A stretch of DNA of 60,215 nucleotides, from IMG/VR virus record IMGVR_UViG_3300012893_000001, positions 1 to 60,215 of that record; one strand, 5' to 3'. Under the pieces are notes generated by a model that was given only the letters and a program-made list of their open reading frames with translations, made no database searches and was not told the DNA's origin. Origin of the DNA: a virus. Taxonomy: Duplodnaviria; Caudoviricetes. Position numbers and translations under genes: made by a program. Shown piece by piece: positions 17,393 through 27,550 of the stretch; position 1 is the stretch's first letter, and each line of letters starts with the position of its first letter.

Positions 17393-19761
17393 CAGCGCAC
17401 CTTGCGTCTCGGCTCGTATTCAAAAGTGACGTCTTCCAGAATGTGGATCAACGCCGCCCGGGATGTCTGGTAAACAATCATGCTCACGTCAGACCCCACA
17501 CCGTCCATGTCCTTACGGATTTCTTCCACGTCAGGCCCGTCCCAGTACACCCTGTCCCAATCATTCAACGCCCAGCGGCCACCTGCACCCATAAGCGTGT
17601 CTTTAATGAAACTGTTAGGCGTTACGGAACGGCCTTTGTCAAAGGTGAATGATACCACCATTTCCCGGAAAATAGAGCCGGAGACGGACACAGCAGCCCG
17701 GCGGAATCTTTTTCGGGTGTCCGGGTCGCCTTGGTTTGAGTACGACGTGCGGACGTATACAGCGCGTTCCTCCCCGTCATTGTTGCCGCCTACATCCGAC
17801 TGGTATACATACCCGGTGTCTGAGCAGAAGAAAAATCTACCCTGCGGGTTGCTGACCTGTCGCACCGGAATGCCATAACTGAATGTCGTGATCCCTTTCA
17901 GCTCGCCCTGATAAATGGTGAATACCAGATTCAGGCTATCAGTCCCGTATAGGCGGTATTGGCTTTTCGTTTTGTCCGCGACACCCAGACCCCACAGGTC
18001 GTAGCGAGGGGCAATCAGGTCGCGGATTTTGTCAGAGATCACCGAGTCGGCAAAGTTACCGAACGTATCCACCCGGTCAATCGCCATAAGCCCCGGGCGC
18101 GCTGCGACGTAAGACATCGACTGGTACTGCCCGGTGAATTTCTTCACGCCGGTATGCGATGTGATGATGTCCTTTGTCCACGTGTCCACACCGGTGCCCA
18201 GCAGCGTCTGCACGTCTTTTTCCGTACAGATGATGAGGGATTTAGGCGTGATAATCAGGTCAGTGATTTCTGCGCCGATACCCAATTCCAGCGCGCCGGT
18301 ACTGCCTGACCAATCCAACGGATTGCCCACGACGCTGTGCTGTAGCGAGCCGTGCTCAAACGCATAGAAAAGATGGTCGTAGTGTACCTTCACCTCGAAC
18401 GGTTTGTTCGTGGCCGGTGGGAGGCCAGTCTGGACAAACGAGAAATTGCCGCCGTCAAATACCCAGCCCGCGCCCACGCCGTTCACGCCGAATAGCCAGT
18501 AGGTGTTTGTGCCCGCGTAGAAATTATGCTCAAAGAAACGGTACGTACCACCGGCGGGCAGTACGTTTGCCGTAGCCACGCCATTCACCAATCCCACGTT
18601 AGTGACCGGTGCCGCGCCTACCGTCAGCGTCTCGTTATCCTGAAACGTACCGGTGATGTTTTGCATGGTGACGAATCCGGCGCTATGGTCAGGCGTGGTG
18701 TACCCGACGAAACCGACGGTCGCTTGTGCGTTAGACGTAGCCCCTCGGAGAATAGCCCCTTTCACCAGATACGTGTCATCAATGGTGGACGGACGGTTGT
18801 CCCAGTTCAGCGTGAAGCCCAGCGGGACGTTAACCCAGCCGTTGGCTGATGACCGGTACAGGCGCGCTGTGGTAGTGTCAAAGTCGCGGATGGCGTACAC
18901 GTCGTCCTGATTGCTGCCCGGCGGGACGTAGTTAGCCACGCCTCGCACAGGCGTGCCCGCCAAACCCGGTACTTCGCGGATGTTGCTGCGGAAATATTCT
19001 TGTACGGCGTACAGCGCACCCTGCGGGGTGGATGGGTCTTGCAAATACTCCTCAAGATCCCCGGCAGAAATAGCTGTGAATGTGTCCGTCGCCCCGGAGA
19101 AAGTCAGCACCATGCCCGGCGCAAAGCGGCCAGATGTCAGGGAGATATAGAACAGGCTGGCTAAGAATAGGTTGGCGTCGTTTGGGTTAAGGCGAAGCGC
19201 CCTGACGACACCCGTCGCCACGTTCGCCCCGGCGGTCCCGGTGATCGTTGCGCCTACCACCGGGGAGGTCCCCGCAGTGGATAAGTTTGTGCCTTTAACT
19301 AAAAAGCCGTCAGGGTAGGTGATACCGACGGTGTTGTTCGCATCCACTAGTACTTGCGAGATATCGGCAATGACATAGCTTCCCCCGGCCGCAGGGGCGA
19401 ACGTATCCCCTATTTTAGGAAGACCCGACTGCCCGCTGGACATCCACGCGGTAGATGGGGACACCCGCTGGACAAAGCCCAGAACAGGGGACGACCCCGG
19501 CGGGATAGGCTGGATAGTCCACGCACCTAAATACGTGGTGTCAACGTCGGCGATGGGAGTAGTAAAGGTCAACTCATAAAGCACAATGCCGCTCGGCTGA
19601 CGTCTACCGTCGTAACGCTCATAGCCGCCCATGACGCGGTATCCGCCGTCAGTGTCGCATTCGTAATTGAGGGATTGCAGCAAGGTACCCGGCGTGCGGG
19701 AGACATACGGGGTGCTCAGGTCGAGGCCACCTTGCATCGGGAAACGATCATACTGGGACAT
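17392..19761 (-). CDS. tail nozzle / tail tubular protein B-like (P22 gp10-like)
   Basis: 789 aa, beta-propeller-like; GGLD start; HLFYAF...S.VG.P.DW; follows the adaptor gene. Confidence 0.7.
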   Translation of the reverse strand: MSQYDRFPMQGGLDLSTPYVSRTPGTLLQSLNYECDTDGGYRVMGGYERYDGRRQPSGIVLYELTFTTPIADVDTTYLGAWTIQPIPPGSSPVLGFVQRVSPSTAWMSSGQSGLPKIGDTFAPAAGGSYVIADISQVLVDANNTVGITYPDGFLVKGTNLSTAGTSPVVGATITGTAGANVATGVVRALRLNPNDANLFLASLFYISLTSGRFAPGMVLTFSGATDTFTAISAGDLEEYLQDPSTPQGALYAVQEYFRSNIREVPGLAGTPVRGVANYVPPGSNQDDVYAIRDFDTTTARLYRSSANGWVNVPLGFTLNWDNRPSTIDDTYLVKGAILRGATSNAQATVGFVGYTTPDHSAGFVTMQNITGTFQDNETLTVGAAPVTNVGLVNGVATANVLPAGGTYRFFEHNFYAGTNTYWLFGVNGVGAGWVFDGGNFSFVQTGLPPATNKPFEVKVHYDHLFYAFEHGSLQHSVVGNPLDWSGSTGALELGIGAEITDLIITPKSLIICTEKDVQTLLGTGVDTWTKDIITSHTGVKKFTGQYQSMSYVAARPGLMAIDRVDTFGNFADSVISDKIRDLIAPRYDLWGLGVADKTKSQYRLYGTDSLNLVFTIYQGELKGITTFSYGIPVRQVSNPQGRFFFCSDTGYVYQSDVGGNNDGEERAVYVRTSYSNQGDPDTRKRFRRAAVSVSGSIFREMVVSFTFDKGRSVTPNSFIKDTLMGAGGRWALNDWDRVYWDGPDVEEIRKDMDGVGSDVSMIVYQTSRAALIHILEDVTFEYEPRRKVR

Positions 19762-19771
19762 GCGAGCACCT

Positions 19772-20449
19772 CTATCGGGAGTACATGGTCACGTTGTCGC
19801 CATACGAGGTGTTGTGAATCGTACCACCCGGGCGCTGGTCATTCTCCAGCATTTGCAGCAGCATCGTATAGGACTCTTGAGCTTCGGTTTTTAGTTCCTG
19901 CGCGTTGTCATAGTTGGCATACCGGCGCAGTGCTTCCGCCTCAATGATCGGACAGAACATCTGCGGGATATTTGGCACATCCGTGTTGTTTACCAGAAGC
20001 ATAGGGCGCTTATAGTAATCCCCGGTGAAGGCATACGGGCCATCCGGCACGCTAATGAATTGCAGGGAATTGTCTGGGCGGATAACCACAGACACCGGGC
20101 GTCCTTCGTACAGATCGCCTTGTGTGATTGGCCGCTCATGGTACTCAAAGACGTTGCAGCGCGGGATGATTTCACCGTCAATGTACAGCGCGTCTTTGTT
20201 CCAGCGGTACAGGCTATACGCAGATGGCACTGAGTATGTGCTCAAGCCTTCTGTCAGCGTGATCGGCAGTGCGCCGCCATACAAAAATTTCCAGTCGCCC
20301 CAGAGAGTTTCGACGTAGGTACACGCCTCCCGGACGAGTCGAGTAATTCGGTTAAGGTCGCCCGTCTGCCCTGTGACACCGCTGATCTGTCCGGATAAAC
20401 CGGCCATCTGAGCAACGTTACTGCACATAGTGAGATAGTCAAAAGTCAT
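19772..20449 (-). CDS. head-tail adaptor / tail tubular protein A-like
   Basis: YL..C..V...G, W.FL, G.P, D.P.IP..F...I...A pattern; position. Confidence 0.7.
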   Translation of the reverse strand: MTFDYLTMCSNVAQMAGLSGQISGVTGQTGDLNRITRLVREACTYVETLWGDWKFLYGGALPITLTEGLSTYSVPSAYSLYRWNKDALYIDGEIIPRCNVFEYHERPITQGDLYEGRPVSVVIRPDNSLQFISVPDGPYAFTGDYYKRPMLLVNNTDVPNIPQMFCPIIEAEALRRYANYDNAQELKTEAQESYTMLLQMLENDQRPGGTIHNTSYGDNVTMYSR

Positions 20450-20463
20450 GACGGGCGTTCCTT

Positions 20464-20793
20464 TTAGTCAGGCAGCTTAGGCAGTGCCGGGGCTTTCTTG
20501 CCCGCTGGCTTATCTTCCACCACAGGGGCGTCTTCTACCGCCGGGGCTTCGACGGGTTTAGCGTCGATAACAGACTGCACTACCGGCGGCACTACCGGCG
20601 CGACAGGTGCCGGGGCTAACGCGGCCAGTTCCTCTTGCAGGCGCGCTGCTTCAATGGCTTTTTCTTCTTCGCTCAGTAACAGATTACCTTTCGCGTCGTA
20701 GAATTTCCCATCTTGCGTGTAGCGTGCCAGAGGCTTCAGGTCGTATGTGCCGAAAATATCACCGACAGGGCGGCTATGATCCAGTTTTGACAT
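20464..20793 (-). CDS. hypothetical protein
   Basis: Y.QDG.FYDAKG motif; Pro-rich tail ending ALPKLPD. Confidence 0.65.
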   Translation of the reverse strand: MSKLDHSRPVGDIFGTYDLKPLARYTQDGKFYDAKGNLLLSEEEKAIEAARLQEELAALAPAPVAPVVPPVVQSVIDAKPVEAPAVEDAPVVEDKPAGKKAPALPKLPD

Positions 20794-21110
20794 TACCATT
20801 TCCTTCCGTAATTTTTGCCAGATGTTTGGGAGTCGTACATTGAGTCGGTGTAACTTACACCATCATCAGCGCTTTCACCCGTGCCATTGAACGCCTTCAA
20901 TCCTTTGGCATCCAGAGCCGCCCTGCGCCACTCATTATCTGCGCGAACGCAGTCAGGCAAAGAGTCGCACACGTCGTCGCTGGAGAGTTCAATTAAATCT
21001 CCCATACGCGCTTTTTCTGCGGCGCGGATCTGGTTGTCTACGTCACACTCTGTGCGCTGACCCCAGCTGTCTTCGTCGCAGTAGTCATCACTTCCGTAGA
21101 GTCGTCCCAT
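20793..21110 (-). CDS. hypothetical acidic protein
   Basis: Start MGRLYG after an AGGAGG RBS. Confidence 0.65.
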   Translation of the reverse strand: MGRLYGSDDYCDEDSWGQRTECDVDNQIRAAEKARMGDLIELSSDDVCDSLPDCVRADNEWRRAALDAKGLKAFNGTGESADDGVSYTDSMYDSQTSGKNYGRKW

Positions 21111-21145
21111 GATAAACCTCCTTCGTCCATCGGGGTAGTATACAT

Positions 21146-21177
21146 AAAAAATAAGGGCGGCAAAAGCCACCCCTATT
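21146..21177 (-). terminator. rho-independent terminator
   Basis: On the - strand GGGTGGC-TTTT-GCCGCCC-TTATTTTT. Confidence 0.65.
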
Positions 21178-21197
21178 GTCGTCAGAGCTGCCCGGAC

Positions 21198-21593
21198 TTA
21201 GAAGTAACCGGTAATCACGTTCAGCTGGTTAATAACCGCAGTGCCGGAGAAGGTCAGCACAAAGGCGTTTGGAACGGCCACGCCAATGTTACTCATGCCC
21301 ATGCGGGTGCCTTCTTCGGTCAGTGTCAACGTACCGGTCAGTGATTGGCCTGCGGTAAGCCCCGCCGTTGCTACGAAAGTACCGTAGCGCGCGGCAGTCG
21401 TGCCGTCGCCAATGCTGATGGTCGCCGTACCCGCCGTGCCGATAACGCCAGCCACGCCCTGAATCGCTGCTGTCTCCAGCGTGCGGTTACGGGTCGCGGT
21501 CATTTTGTTTGGCAGGGCTACTGCTGCCTGCGAAGCAAAGTTGGCCGCTGCGATAGTCAGCGTGAAATTCAACGTTCCGTCATAGAAGTACAT
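21198..21593 (-). CDS. capsid decoration/cement protein candidate
   Basis: Small beta-rich protein with an ISIGDGT.AARY motif, downstream of the capsid gene. Confidence 0.55.
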   Translation of the reverse strand: MYFYDGTLNFTLTIAAANFASQAAVALPNKMTATRNRTLETAAIQGVAGVIGTAGTATISIGDGTTAARYGTFVATAGLTAGQSLTGTLTLTEEGTRMGMSNIGVAVPNAFVLTFSGTAVINQLNVITGYF

Positions 21594-21603
21594 GGCAATC
21601 CCC

Positions 21604-21801
21604 TTATTGGGTCAGTTTAAAACCGCCCGGCAGGGATTGGTTACGTTCGCCAGCAGCGAAACGTGCCTGATCACCGGTGTGGTTATTGGTAACGTTCAGG
21701 GTTGACATCTCAGACAGACCGTCCTGCGCGGAGTTGCTGTCTTTGGTGTGCGGAGCTGGTGCGCCGTCGCGGTCTGGCATACCGTAGTTTTTGCTATCCA
21801 T
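21604..21801 (-). CDS. hypothetical protein
   Basis: AAGGA RBS; 65 aa. Confidence 0.6.
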   Translation of the reverse strand: MDSKNYGMPDRDGAPAPHTKDSNSAQDGLSEMSTLNVTNNHTGDQARFAAGERNQSLPGGFKLTQ

Positions 21802-21857
21802 GTCATATTCCTTTTAGTTGAGGAAGGAAGGGCACCGAAGCGCCCGGCCTTGATCAG

Positions 21858-22829
21858 TTAGCTGGCAGATGACCAGCGGATAATACGGTTCTGCAACGCG
21901 TTAGGGTCAGTAGCAACTGGCTGGTTCTGGACGATACCGAAACCACCCATGTAGTACCACATAACCGCACGCGAACGACCGAAGTCACTCGGCAGTTTAC
22001 CGCGAATGTGCTCAGGGTCAACCACAGCCTCTGCCACGGTGTCGCCACCGAAGAAGAATGCTTCATCAGACAGACCGTTTGTCCAGCCTTTAGCGGCCAC
22101 GTTGGTCTGCTCAATGAAGCGCATACCTTCGTATTTGCCGATTTCGCCCAGACGCAGCTCGCGCCAGCCTGACTCAACGTACTGTTTGATGGTTTCCAGC
22201 TGGTCACGGATCGGACGGTAAGTACGGGTACGTGCCACAGAGAAGTAGTCATCACCGTCATAGCCCGGGATGTTACGTTCTTTCATGGAGTCCACGATTT
22301 GCTTAACGTGAGCCAGAGACAGCGCGGCGTTGTTCACAGTCGCAGGCAGGTCGCCCGGGTTGGTCACAGCCTGAATGGTTACCGACGTGGCGGAGTTACC
22401 ACCAGTAGGGAACGCTACCAGACGAGTGGCCGCGAACTGTGAGTAGGCAGCGAAGTCCAGAGCTTTGGCGCAGTCATCTTTCAATGCAGACTTGATGATG
22501 TCACGCACAGGCGCTTTGGACAGGTTGTCCAGTTTCTTGGTGTAAGGCACAGCTTGACCGTATTCGGTAATGGTCAGGTTGGCTTTACGCACAAGGAAGT
22601 TGGTTTCAGGAACAGCCTGAGTTTCTGACAGCTGACCACCTTGGTTCTGGACGTTGGTCACGATATCCCACTGGTACATGTCGCCATTACCGTAGGCAAT
22701 CGCATCCTTAGTCGAACAGAACTGACGGAAGCGCATCATTGGCTGTGTTTCTTTTCGCAGGTACTTTGACAGCTGATCGGAATACAGGAAACCGCCTTGC
22801 TCGTCAACACCCCATACTTGTCCACCCAT
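21858..22829 (-). CDS. major capsid protein (N4-gp56-like)
   Basis: RFRQF, LSE....PE, EYG..V.YT, GEIG.YEG.RF, DFGR...V.W; strongly biased codons; AGGAG RBS; TTCG hairpin after the stop. Confidence 0.85.
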   Translation of the reverse strand: MGGQVWGVDEQGGFLYSDQLSKYLRKETQPMMRFRQFCSTKDAIAYGNGDMYQWDIVTNVQNQGGQLSETQAVPETNFLVRKANLTITEYGQAVPYTKKLDNLSKAPVRDIIKSALKDDCAKALDFAAYSQFAATRLVAFPTGGNSATSVTIQAVTNPGDLPATVNNAALSLAHVKQIVDSMKERNIPGYDGDDYFSVARTRTYRPIRDQLETIKQYVESGWRELRLGEIGKYEGMRFIEQTNVAAKGWTNGLSDEAFFFGGDTVAEAVVDPEHIRGKLPSDFGRSRAVMWYYMGGFGIVQNQPVATDPNALQNRIIRWSSAS

Positions 22830-22858
22830 GGCAAAACTCCTTTTGCATTACGTTGCTG

Positions 22859-24127
22859 TTAATGCTCTTTCTTGAGAGCCTTTAACTCTTTTAAAGCAGC
22901 TTGACGCTGCTGTGCGGGAGACGGGCCACCGTCTGGCGTCGGGGTAGGTACGTGCTGACGTTGCTGCACTGTTCCCTGTGATCCCTGCGACAAAGCGGTA
23001 TTCCCTACCTGTTGCTTACGTTGCGCCCTCACATCTGGCTGAGGCGCTGGTGCAGCGAATGCACTGCGGATGTTCTGAGCGGCCAGCTTCATGACTTCTT
23101 TCGGGTGGATGCCTTTGTTAAAAGCGTCCATGTCCTTCACAAGTCTGCCTGCTTCGGCTGCTACAGCACCCCACGTCACATTGCTTTTGGCAAGGTCGGC
23201 GTATTCGGGGTCAGCCAGTAACTCGGCTTCACTCGTACTCACCTGTTTGCCCCAATCAGCGACACGTTGCTCATGAGAGATTTGCGCCAACTGTGCTCTG
23301 ACGTCTACTGCCGGGGTGGCGTAAGCTTTCACTTTCGCGTCCATCAGCTGACTATCAATGCCGGTCAGTCGGTCTACGGCGGATTCATCGCCGTTGTACA
23401 AATCCATCAGCGCTTGGCGTCGCTGAGATTCCAGCTCTTTAACGGCAACGCTCGCAACGTCCTGCGTGGATGGTTGGGCAGTTGACTGTTGTTGCTGTTG
23501 AGCAAGTAACGCTTGCTCTCTCCGGTTTAATTCTTCGGTTCTGGCGGCTGCTTCCCGCAACTTCTGGTCACCCGCAGTTTCCTTCTGCAAAGTTGCCAGC
23601 ACCGTGGCCTCGGGCAGAGTGACCCGTTGGCCATTCACAATCATTGCAACCATACGGTTACCCTGATCGTCAATATAGAAACCACGCACATCGTCATTTG
23701 GAGCCTGAGCAGCTTGCGCAGGTGCCTGTCCGTTTGGCTGCGTGGTTTCAGAAACATCCTGTCCCACTGTAGAGTTTACAGTATCGTCGTCATCTTCGTC
23801 AACGCTATCCGGCGTTTCGAAGTCTTTGCGGATCAGGGCGCGTTTACGCTGTGCGATACGCTCCAGATCATTGAGCTGTTTTTCGTGTGGCTTGAGGGGA
23901 CGGGTTGAGCCGTCGGTAGCCATCTGGGTAGTTTCGATGAGGTCAACGTCGTTGGTATCGTCGTCTTCCACAAAACCCTGAGCTGCATTGGCTGAATTGG
24001 CATCCGCTTGCTGCTCACGAAGGTGCTGCGGGGATGTATCCAGTTCGCCCACTTCGGCGCGCATAGCGGCCAGTTGCTCAGGGGTCACAGAATCCACGCC
24101 CGGTTGGGTAGTGTTTTCTTTAGGCAT
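22859..24127 (-). CDS. capsid scaffolding protein
   Basis: Acidic N-terminus, IVNG..V motif, coiled coil; directly upstream of the capsid gene. Confidence 0.7.
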   Translation of the reverse strand: MPKENTTQPGVDSVTPEQLAAMRAEVGELDTSPQHLREQQADANSANAAQGFVEDDDTNDVDLIETTQMATDGSTRPLKPHEKQLNDLERIAQRKRALIRKDFETPDSVDEDDDDTVNSTVGQDVSETTQPNGQAPAQAAQAPNDDVRGFYIDDQGNRMVAMIVNGQRVTLPEATVLATLQKETAGDQKLREAAARTEELNRREQALLAQQQQQSTAQPSTQDVASVAVKELESQRRQALMDLYNGDESAVDRLTGIDSQLMDAKVKAYATPAVDVRAQLAQISHEQRVADWGKQVSTSEAELLADPEYADLAKSNVTWGAVAAEAGRLVKDMDAFNKGIHPKEVMKLAAQNIRSAFAAPAPQPDVRAQRKQQVGNTALSQGSQGTVQQRQHVPTPTPDGGPSPAQQRQAALKELKALKKEH

Positions 24128-24500
24128 TAGTTAAGTCCTCACCGTCTTTTGAAATTTTCATTTGCGTCCGTGCCTTCTCCGCGTCCGTCATGATTTCGTC
24201 TAACATGCTCATGATTTTCAGCGCTGCCCGGGCGTTAACCTGAGCGTCCAGAAATGCTCCTGCATCGGATGGGTTACATTCTATCAGTGCTGCGCTACAT
24301 AAAACAAACATTTCGCGGGTGCGGCGTTCCAGTGCCGCAATCAGCGTGTCATTTTGTAGCGCGTGGGTCAGCTCGGCACCGACCAGAATCTGATGGTAAA
24401 ACGCCTCCTCTGCGAGGCTTGGCGTTTCGTCCATGTTGGCGTAATAGTCGCTTGATGAAAAGTTTCTTTCATACTTAGCGCGGTGTGGATTTTTGCTCAT
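24120..24500 (-). CDS. hypothetical head-module protein
   Basis: Helical 126-aa ORF between portal and scaffold. Confidence 0.65.
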   Translation of the reverse strand: MSKNPHRAKYERNFSSSDYYANMDETPSLAEEAFYHQILVGAELTHALQNDTLIAALERRTREMFVLCSAALIECNPSDAGAFLDAQVNARAALKIMSMLDEIMTDAEKARTQMKISKDGEDLTNA

Positions 24501-26913
24501 CGTTCAGCTGCTCCTGTGGCGAGGTCTGCTGTTGCGCGATTTGTGCGGTCGCGTTAATGGCTTCCTGCCGCAAGCTGCTCCCCTGTTGGACTGCTACTGT
24601 ATCACGTTTGGTCTGGTCTGTGGCACTGGCAATTTGCAGTTTCGTTTCGTTTTCAAGCAGTTTCCACCACGTCGTCGCTTCGATATCTTTGCCAGCCATT
24701 TCGCTTTCCAGCGCCATCTGCATCATCTTGATGCGGTTGTCGCTTTCCAGTTTCATCTGCATGGTCATGCGCTGCATTTCCAGATCCTGCTGATGGCGTG
24801 CGTTCTCGCCTTCCTGCTTGATCTGCTCCTGCTGCATACGCCCTTTGGCTTCTTCCTGCGCGGCCAGTACCAATGGGTCTGGCGCTGGCGGCTGTGCCGG
24901 AGGTGCTTGGTAGTTCTTCGCCAGATTCGGGAAGAATTGCGAGCCGTCCATGCCAATCATTGCAAAGATTCTTTTAGCTACCGCAGGGCCGTCCATTGTT
25001 CCTTCCATGCCCGGCAATTGCGCGGCCTGTCCCACACCCATCAGCAAGGTATTAACACGCTGCTGCGGGTTGGTAGCACCGAGGCCAACGTCAACGGTCA
25101 GCATGAGCTGCTTGGTCAGCAGGTCGTCAGTCAGGTCTTCCGGCTTGAGACGCGGGAACACGTCAGACTGGCCTACCGCCTTCGCCATGATCAGCTCGTC
25201 ATCCTCATAGTACTGGATGTTAAGCATGTACAGCGTCAGGGTAGGCTCTACCCACGTATTCACAAACGTGCGGATGTCATAGTCAACCACTTTCGTGGCC
25301 GCGCTGGACAGCATTTCCATGCCGCCGACTGTCTCGTTCATGTCGCGGTTGTTAGCCACTGCCTGTGCGCTGAATGTGCCGGTCAGCTCGTTCATCTCAG
25401 TGGTGAGCTGCTCAGTCTCCTGATAGCTGCCCTGTGTGACGTCTGAGATGTCCATAGGCTGCACGTCTTTAGTAGGGTCACCGGTGAGCACCACGCCGCC
25501 CGGCACGGAACGCGTCAGGCTCTTGATGTCCACGGTGGCACCACGGCGCACCAGCACGCGTTTATTCATGCCCAGTTTGACGTTATCGACACGGTTGTTT
25601 GAGATTTCGTTAATGGCGCTTTGCAGCGAGCTGGAAATCTGCGTCTTTGAATCTGGCATCACGTTGTGTGATTCAATCATCGCCGTGCCGAGCGTGAACG
25701 GGCGGCGGCCATGGGCGTAACGCACTTCCAGCGGCACCGGGTCAGACAGCAGGAACGAATAGCCGAGCATGTCGTATACGTAGTCCAGCCCGTTGCGGCG
25801 GACGATGACTTCCAGAATCATCACTGATTCGTATGCCCGGTCACCAGAATCATTGTCGTTAGGATCCGGCTTGCCTTCCCCGCGTTTAGCCCGGTTGACA
25901 GCATCGTCTTCCAGTGCCCAGCGAGTGGATAGGATTTGCTGGTCGTTATATTCCTGCCACTCCTCGTTCGCCATCATCTGTTTCACGGCGTCCACAGACA
26001 TCTGGCGGCGATACACCACATAGCCCGCTGAGTTGATCGGGTCCACCCAGTCAGCCGTCGGGTCAATGAGCAGGTTCTCAGGGAGGATCAGGTCAATGGT
26101 CGGCTCGTTAACCGTGCGGCGCGTGGTGAATGTGGTAGTCATACCCATCACCGCGTCCGGGTTCATCGGGTCAACAATTGGCTGTTGGGAAGGGATTTGC
26201 GCAATCTCTTGCTTCCAGTAGACCTTTGAGCACACCGGCCCGTTGATAAACGTATCCTGAGCCGCGCCCATACAGATTTTGTACCAGTTCTTTTTCAGAC
26301 GCAGGTTCATCATCTCCATGACGACGGACGCAGACAATGAGGCCTGCTCATCGTTCTGGTCTTCGTTGGATACGTTCATGTAATCGTTGTTCATAAACAG
26401 CGCGCTGGCTACATCCGCCTCCCAGCTACGCGCAGCCATACGTGTCTGCGGTCGGAAGATTTTGGAGCGGTTGCCATAATGCTGGTCACAGTATTTCGAC
26501 CCGGGCGCGTGCTGAGATTTGAACTGGTAGCTGTTGTCAATGTGCTGTGACTGATATCCCGTCTCATAGAACGTGCGGCCGGACTCATAGCAGCGACGGC
26601 CTAAGTCAATCCACGACTGTTTAGCCATGCCCAGAATTTCGACCGGCTGATCGTAGTCTTCCTGTCCCTGCACCACGATAATACCATCGTCGTCATAGTC
26701 ATCGTCGCCCAGCATCATGGATGCCTGCGCCAGACCGTCAGCAAAACCCACGCCGTCCGGCATCTTATCGGTGCCCGGGATACGGGAGTTCGCTACATAT
26801 GGGCTATCAGAAATTTGGAGTACACCCATCTGGCCGCTCGGTGCGACGCCGTTGTCATCTGGTGGGCCTCCGACGATGGAGAATCCGGCTGTTGCGTCTA
26901 CCTTGCGAACCAT
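24475..26913 (-). CDS. portal protein
   Basis: RSKIFRP.TR, G....KVYW, N..IDP.A, LQ..IN...N.R.DN, ET..G; Q-rich C-terminal barrel. Confidence 0.85.
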   Translation of the reverse strand: MVRKVDATAGFSIVGGPPDDNGVAPSGQMGVLQISDSPYVANSRIPGTDKMPDGVGFADGLAQASMMLGDDDYDDDGIIVVQGQEDYDQPVEILGMAKQSWIDLGRRCYESGRTFYETGYQSQHIDNSYQFKSQHAPGSKYCDQHYGNRSKIFRPQTRMAARSWEADVASALFMNNDYMNVSNEDQNDEQASLSASVVMEMMNLRLKKNWYKICMGAAQDTFINGPVCSKVYWKQEIAQIPSQQPIVDPMNPDAVMGMTTTFTTRRTVNEPTIDLILPENLLIDPTADWVDPINSAGYVVYRRQMSVDAVKQMMANEEWQEYNDQQILSTRWALEDDAVNRAKRGEGKPDPNDNDSGDRAYESVMILEVIVRRNGLDYVYDMLGYSFLLSDPVPLEVRYAHGRRPFTLGTAMIESHNVMPDSKTQISSSLQSAINEISNNRVDNVKLGMNKRVLVRRGATVDIKSLTRSVPGGVVLTGDPTKDVQPMDISDVTQGSYQETEQLTTEMNELTGTFSAQAVANNRDMNETVGGMEMLSSAATKVVDYDIRTFVNTWVEPTLTLYMLNIQYYEDDELIMAKAVGQSDVFPRLKPEDLTDDLLTKQLMLTVDVGLGATNPQQRVNTLLMGVGQAAQLPGMEGTMDGPAVAKRIFAMIGMDGSQFFPNLAKNYQAPPAQPPAPDPLVLAAQEEAKGRMQQEQIKQEGENARHQQDLEMQRMTMQMKLESDNRIKMMQMALESEMAGKDIEATTWWKLLENETKLQIASATDQTKRDTVAVQQGSSLRQEAINATAQIAQQQTSPQEQLNDEQKSTPR

Positions 26914-26915
26914 AA

Positions 26916-27269
26916 TTAATTCTCCGTTCTGATGTTGCCCAGAATATCGCGTTTAGCGGTCAGTACTTCGTCCGCGATTAAGCGGCCACGGCTCAGTCCA
27001 CCACGTTCCAGTACTTCACCGCCAGCCTTCATCATCGCCTGTGCCACTTCCTGCAAGCTCCAGTCAAACGGCACGACGGTGTAGCAGTGCTTTGTGCTTA
27101 CTTCCGGGTTGATGACGTTTACCACGCCGCCCCGGATGTCCGCATTAATCTGCCAGAAGTGCCCCGGGTAAAACTTCTGCAACATGGCGACGCACACCTT
27201 AGACATCTCGATGTTTGACGCCTCATGTTCGATGTCGTCGGTGCCTTGGTGGAATGTGATGTTACTCAT
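26916..27269 (-). CDS. hypothetical protein
   Basis: YPG..W and AGGE.LER.GL.R motifs; upstream of the portal. Confidence 0.65.
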   Translation of the reverse strand: MSNITFHQGTDDIEHEASNIEMSKVCVAMLQKFYPGHFWQINADIRGGVVNVINPEVSTKHCYTVVPFDWSLQEVAQAMMKAGGEVLERGGLSRGRLIADEVLTAKRDILGNIRTEN

Positions 27270-27450
27270 CGTCAGGGATCTCCGGTGCCCACGGGTATTT
27301 TTTACCCGGTTGGTATGGGCGTTCGCTGTTGTGGTAGGGGTTACGAATATCGGGGTAGACCATCTCCGGGCGTGTCAAACGGTCAGGCTCTAACTGATCC
27401 ACTACGGCTTTGATAGAGATGTTTGTATACGTAGGCGTCCGAGTCTTCAT
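27262..27450 (-). CDS. hypothetical protein
   Basis: 62 aa; GGA-containing RBS; overlaps the next gene. Confidence 0.5.
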   Translation of the reverse strand: MKTRTPTYTNISIKAVVDQLEPDRLTRPEMVYPDIRNPYHNSERPYQPGKKYPWAPEIPDDE

Positions 27451-27489
27451 GATGTCCGTCCCTGATGGGTAAGGCTACATGATACCAGA

Positions 27490-27517
27490 TAAAAGAAATG
27501 CCGCACAAGGCGGCATG
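27490..27517 (-). terminator. terminator after the fibre gene
   Basis: On the - strand ATGCCGC-CTTGT-GCGGCAT-TTCTTTT. Confidence 0.7.
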
Positions 27518-27550
27518 AAATCACACAAAGTAACGGGCAGTGCTAGTCTA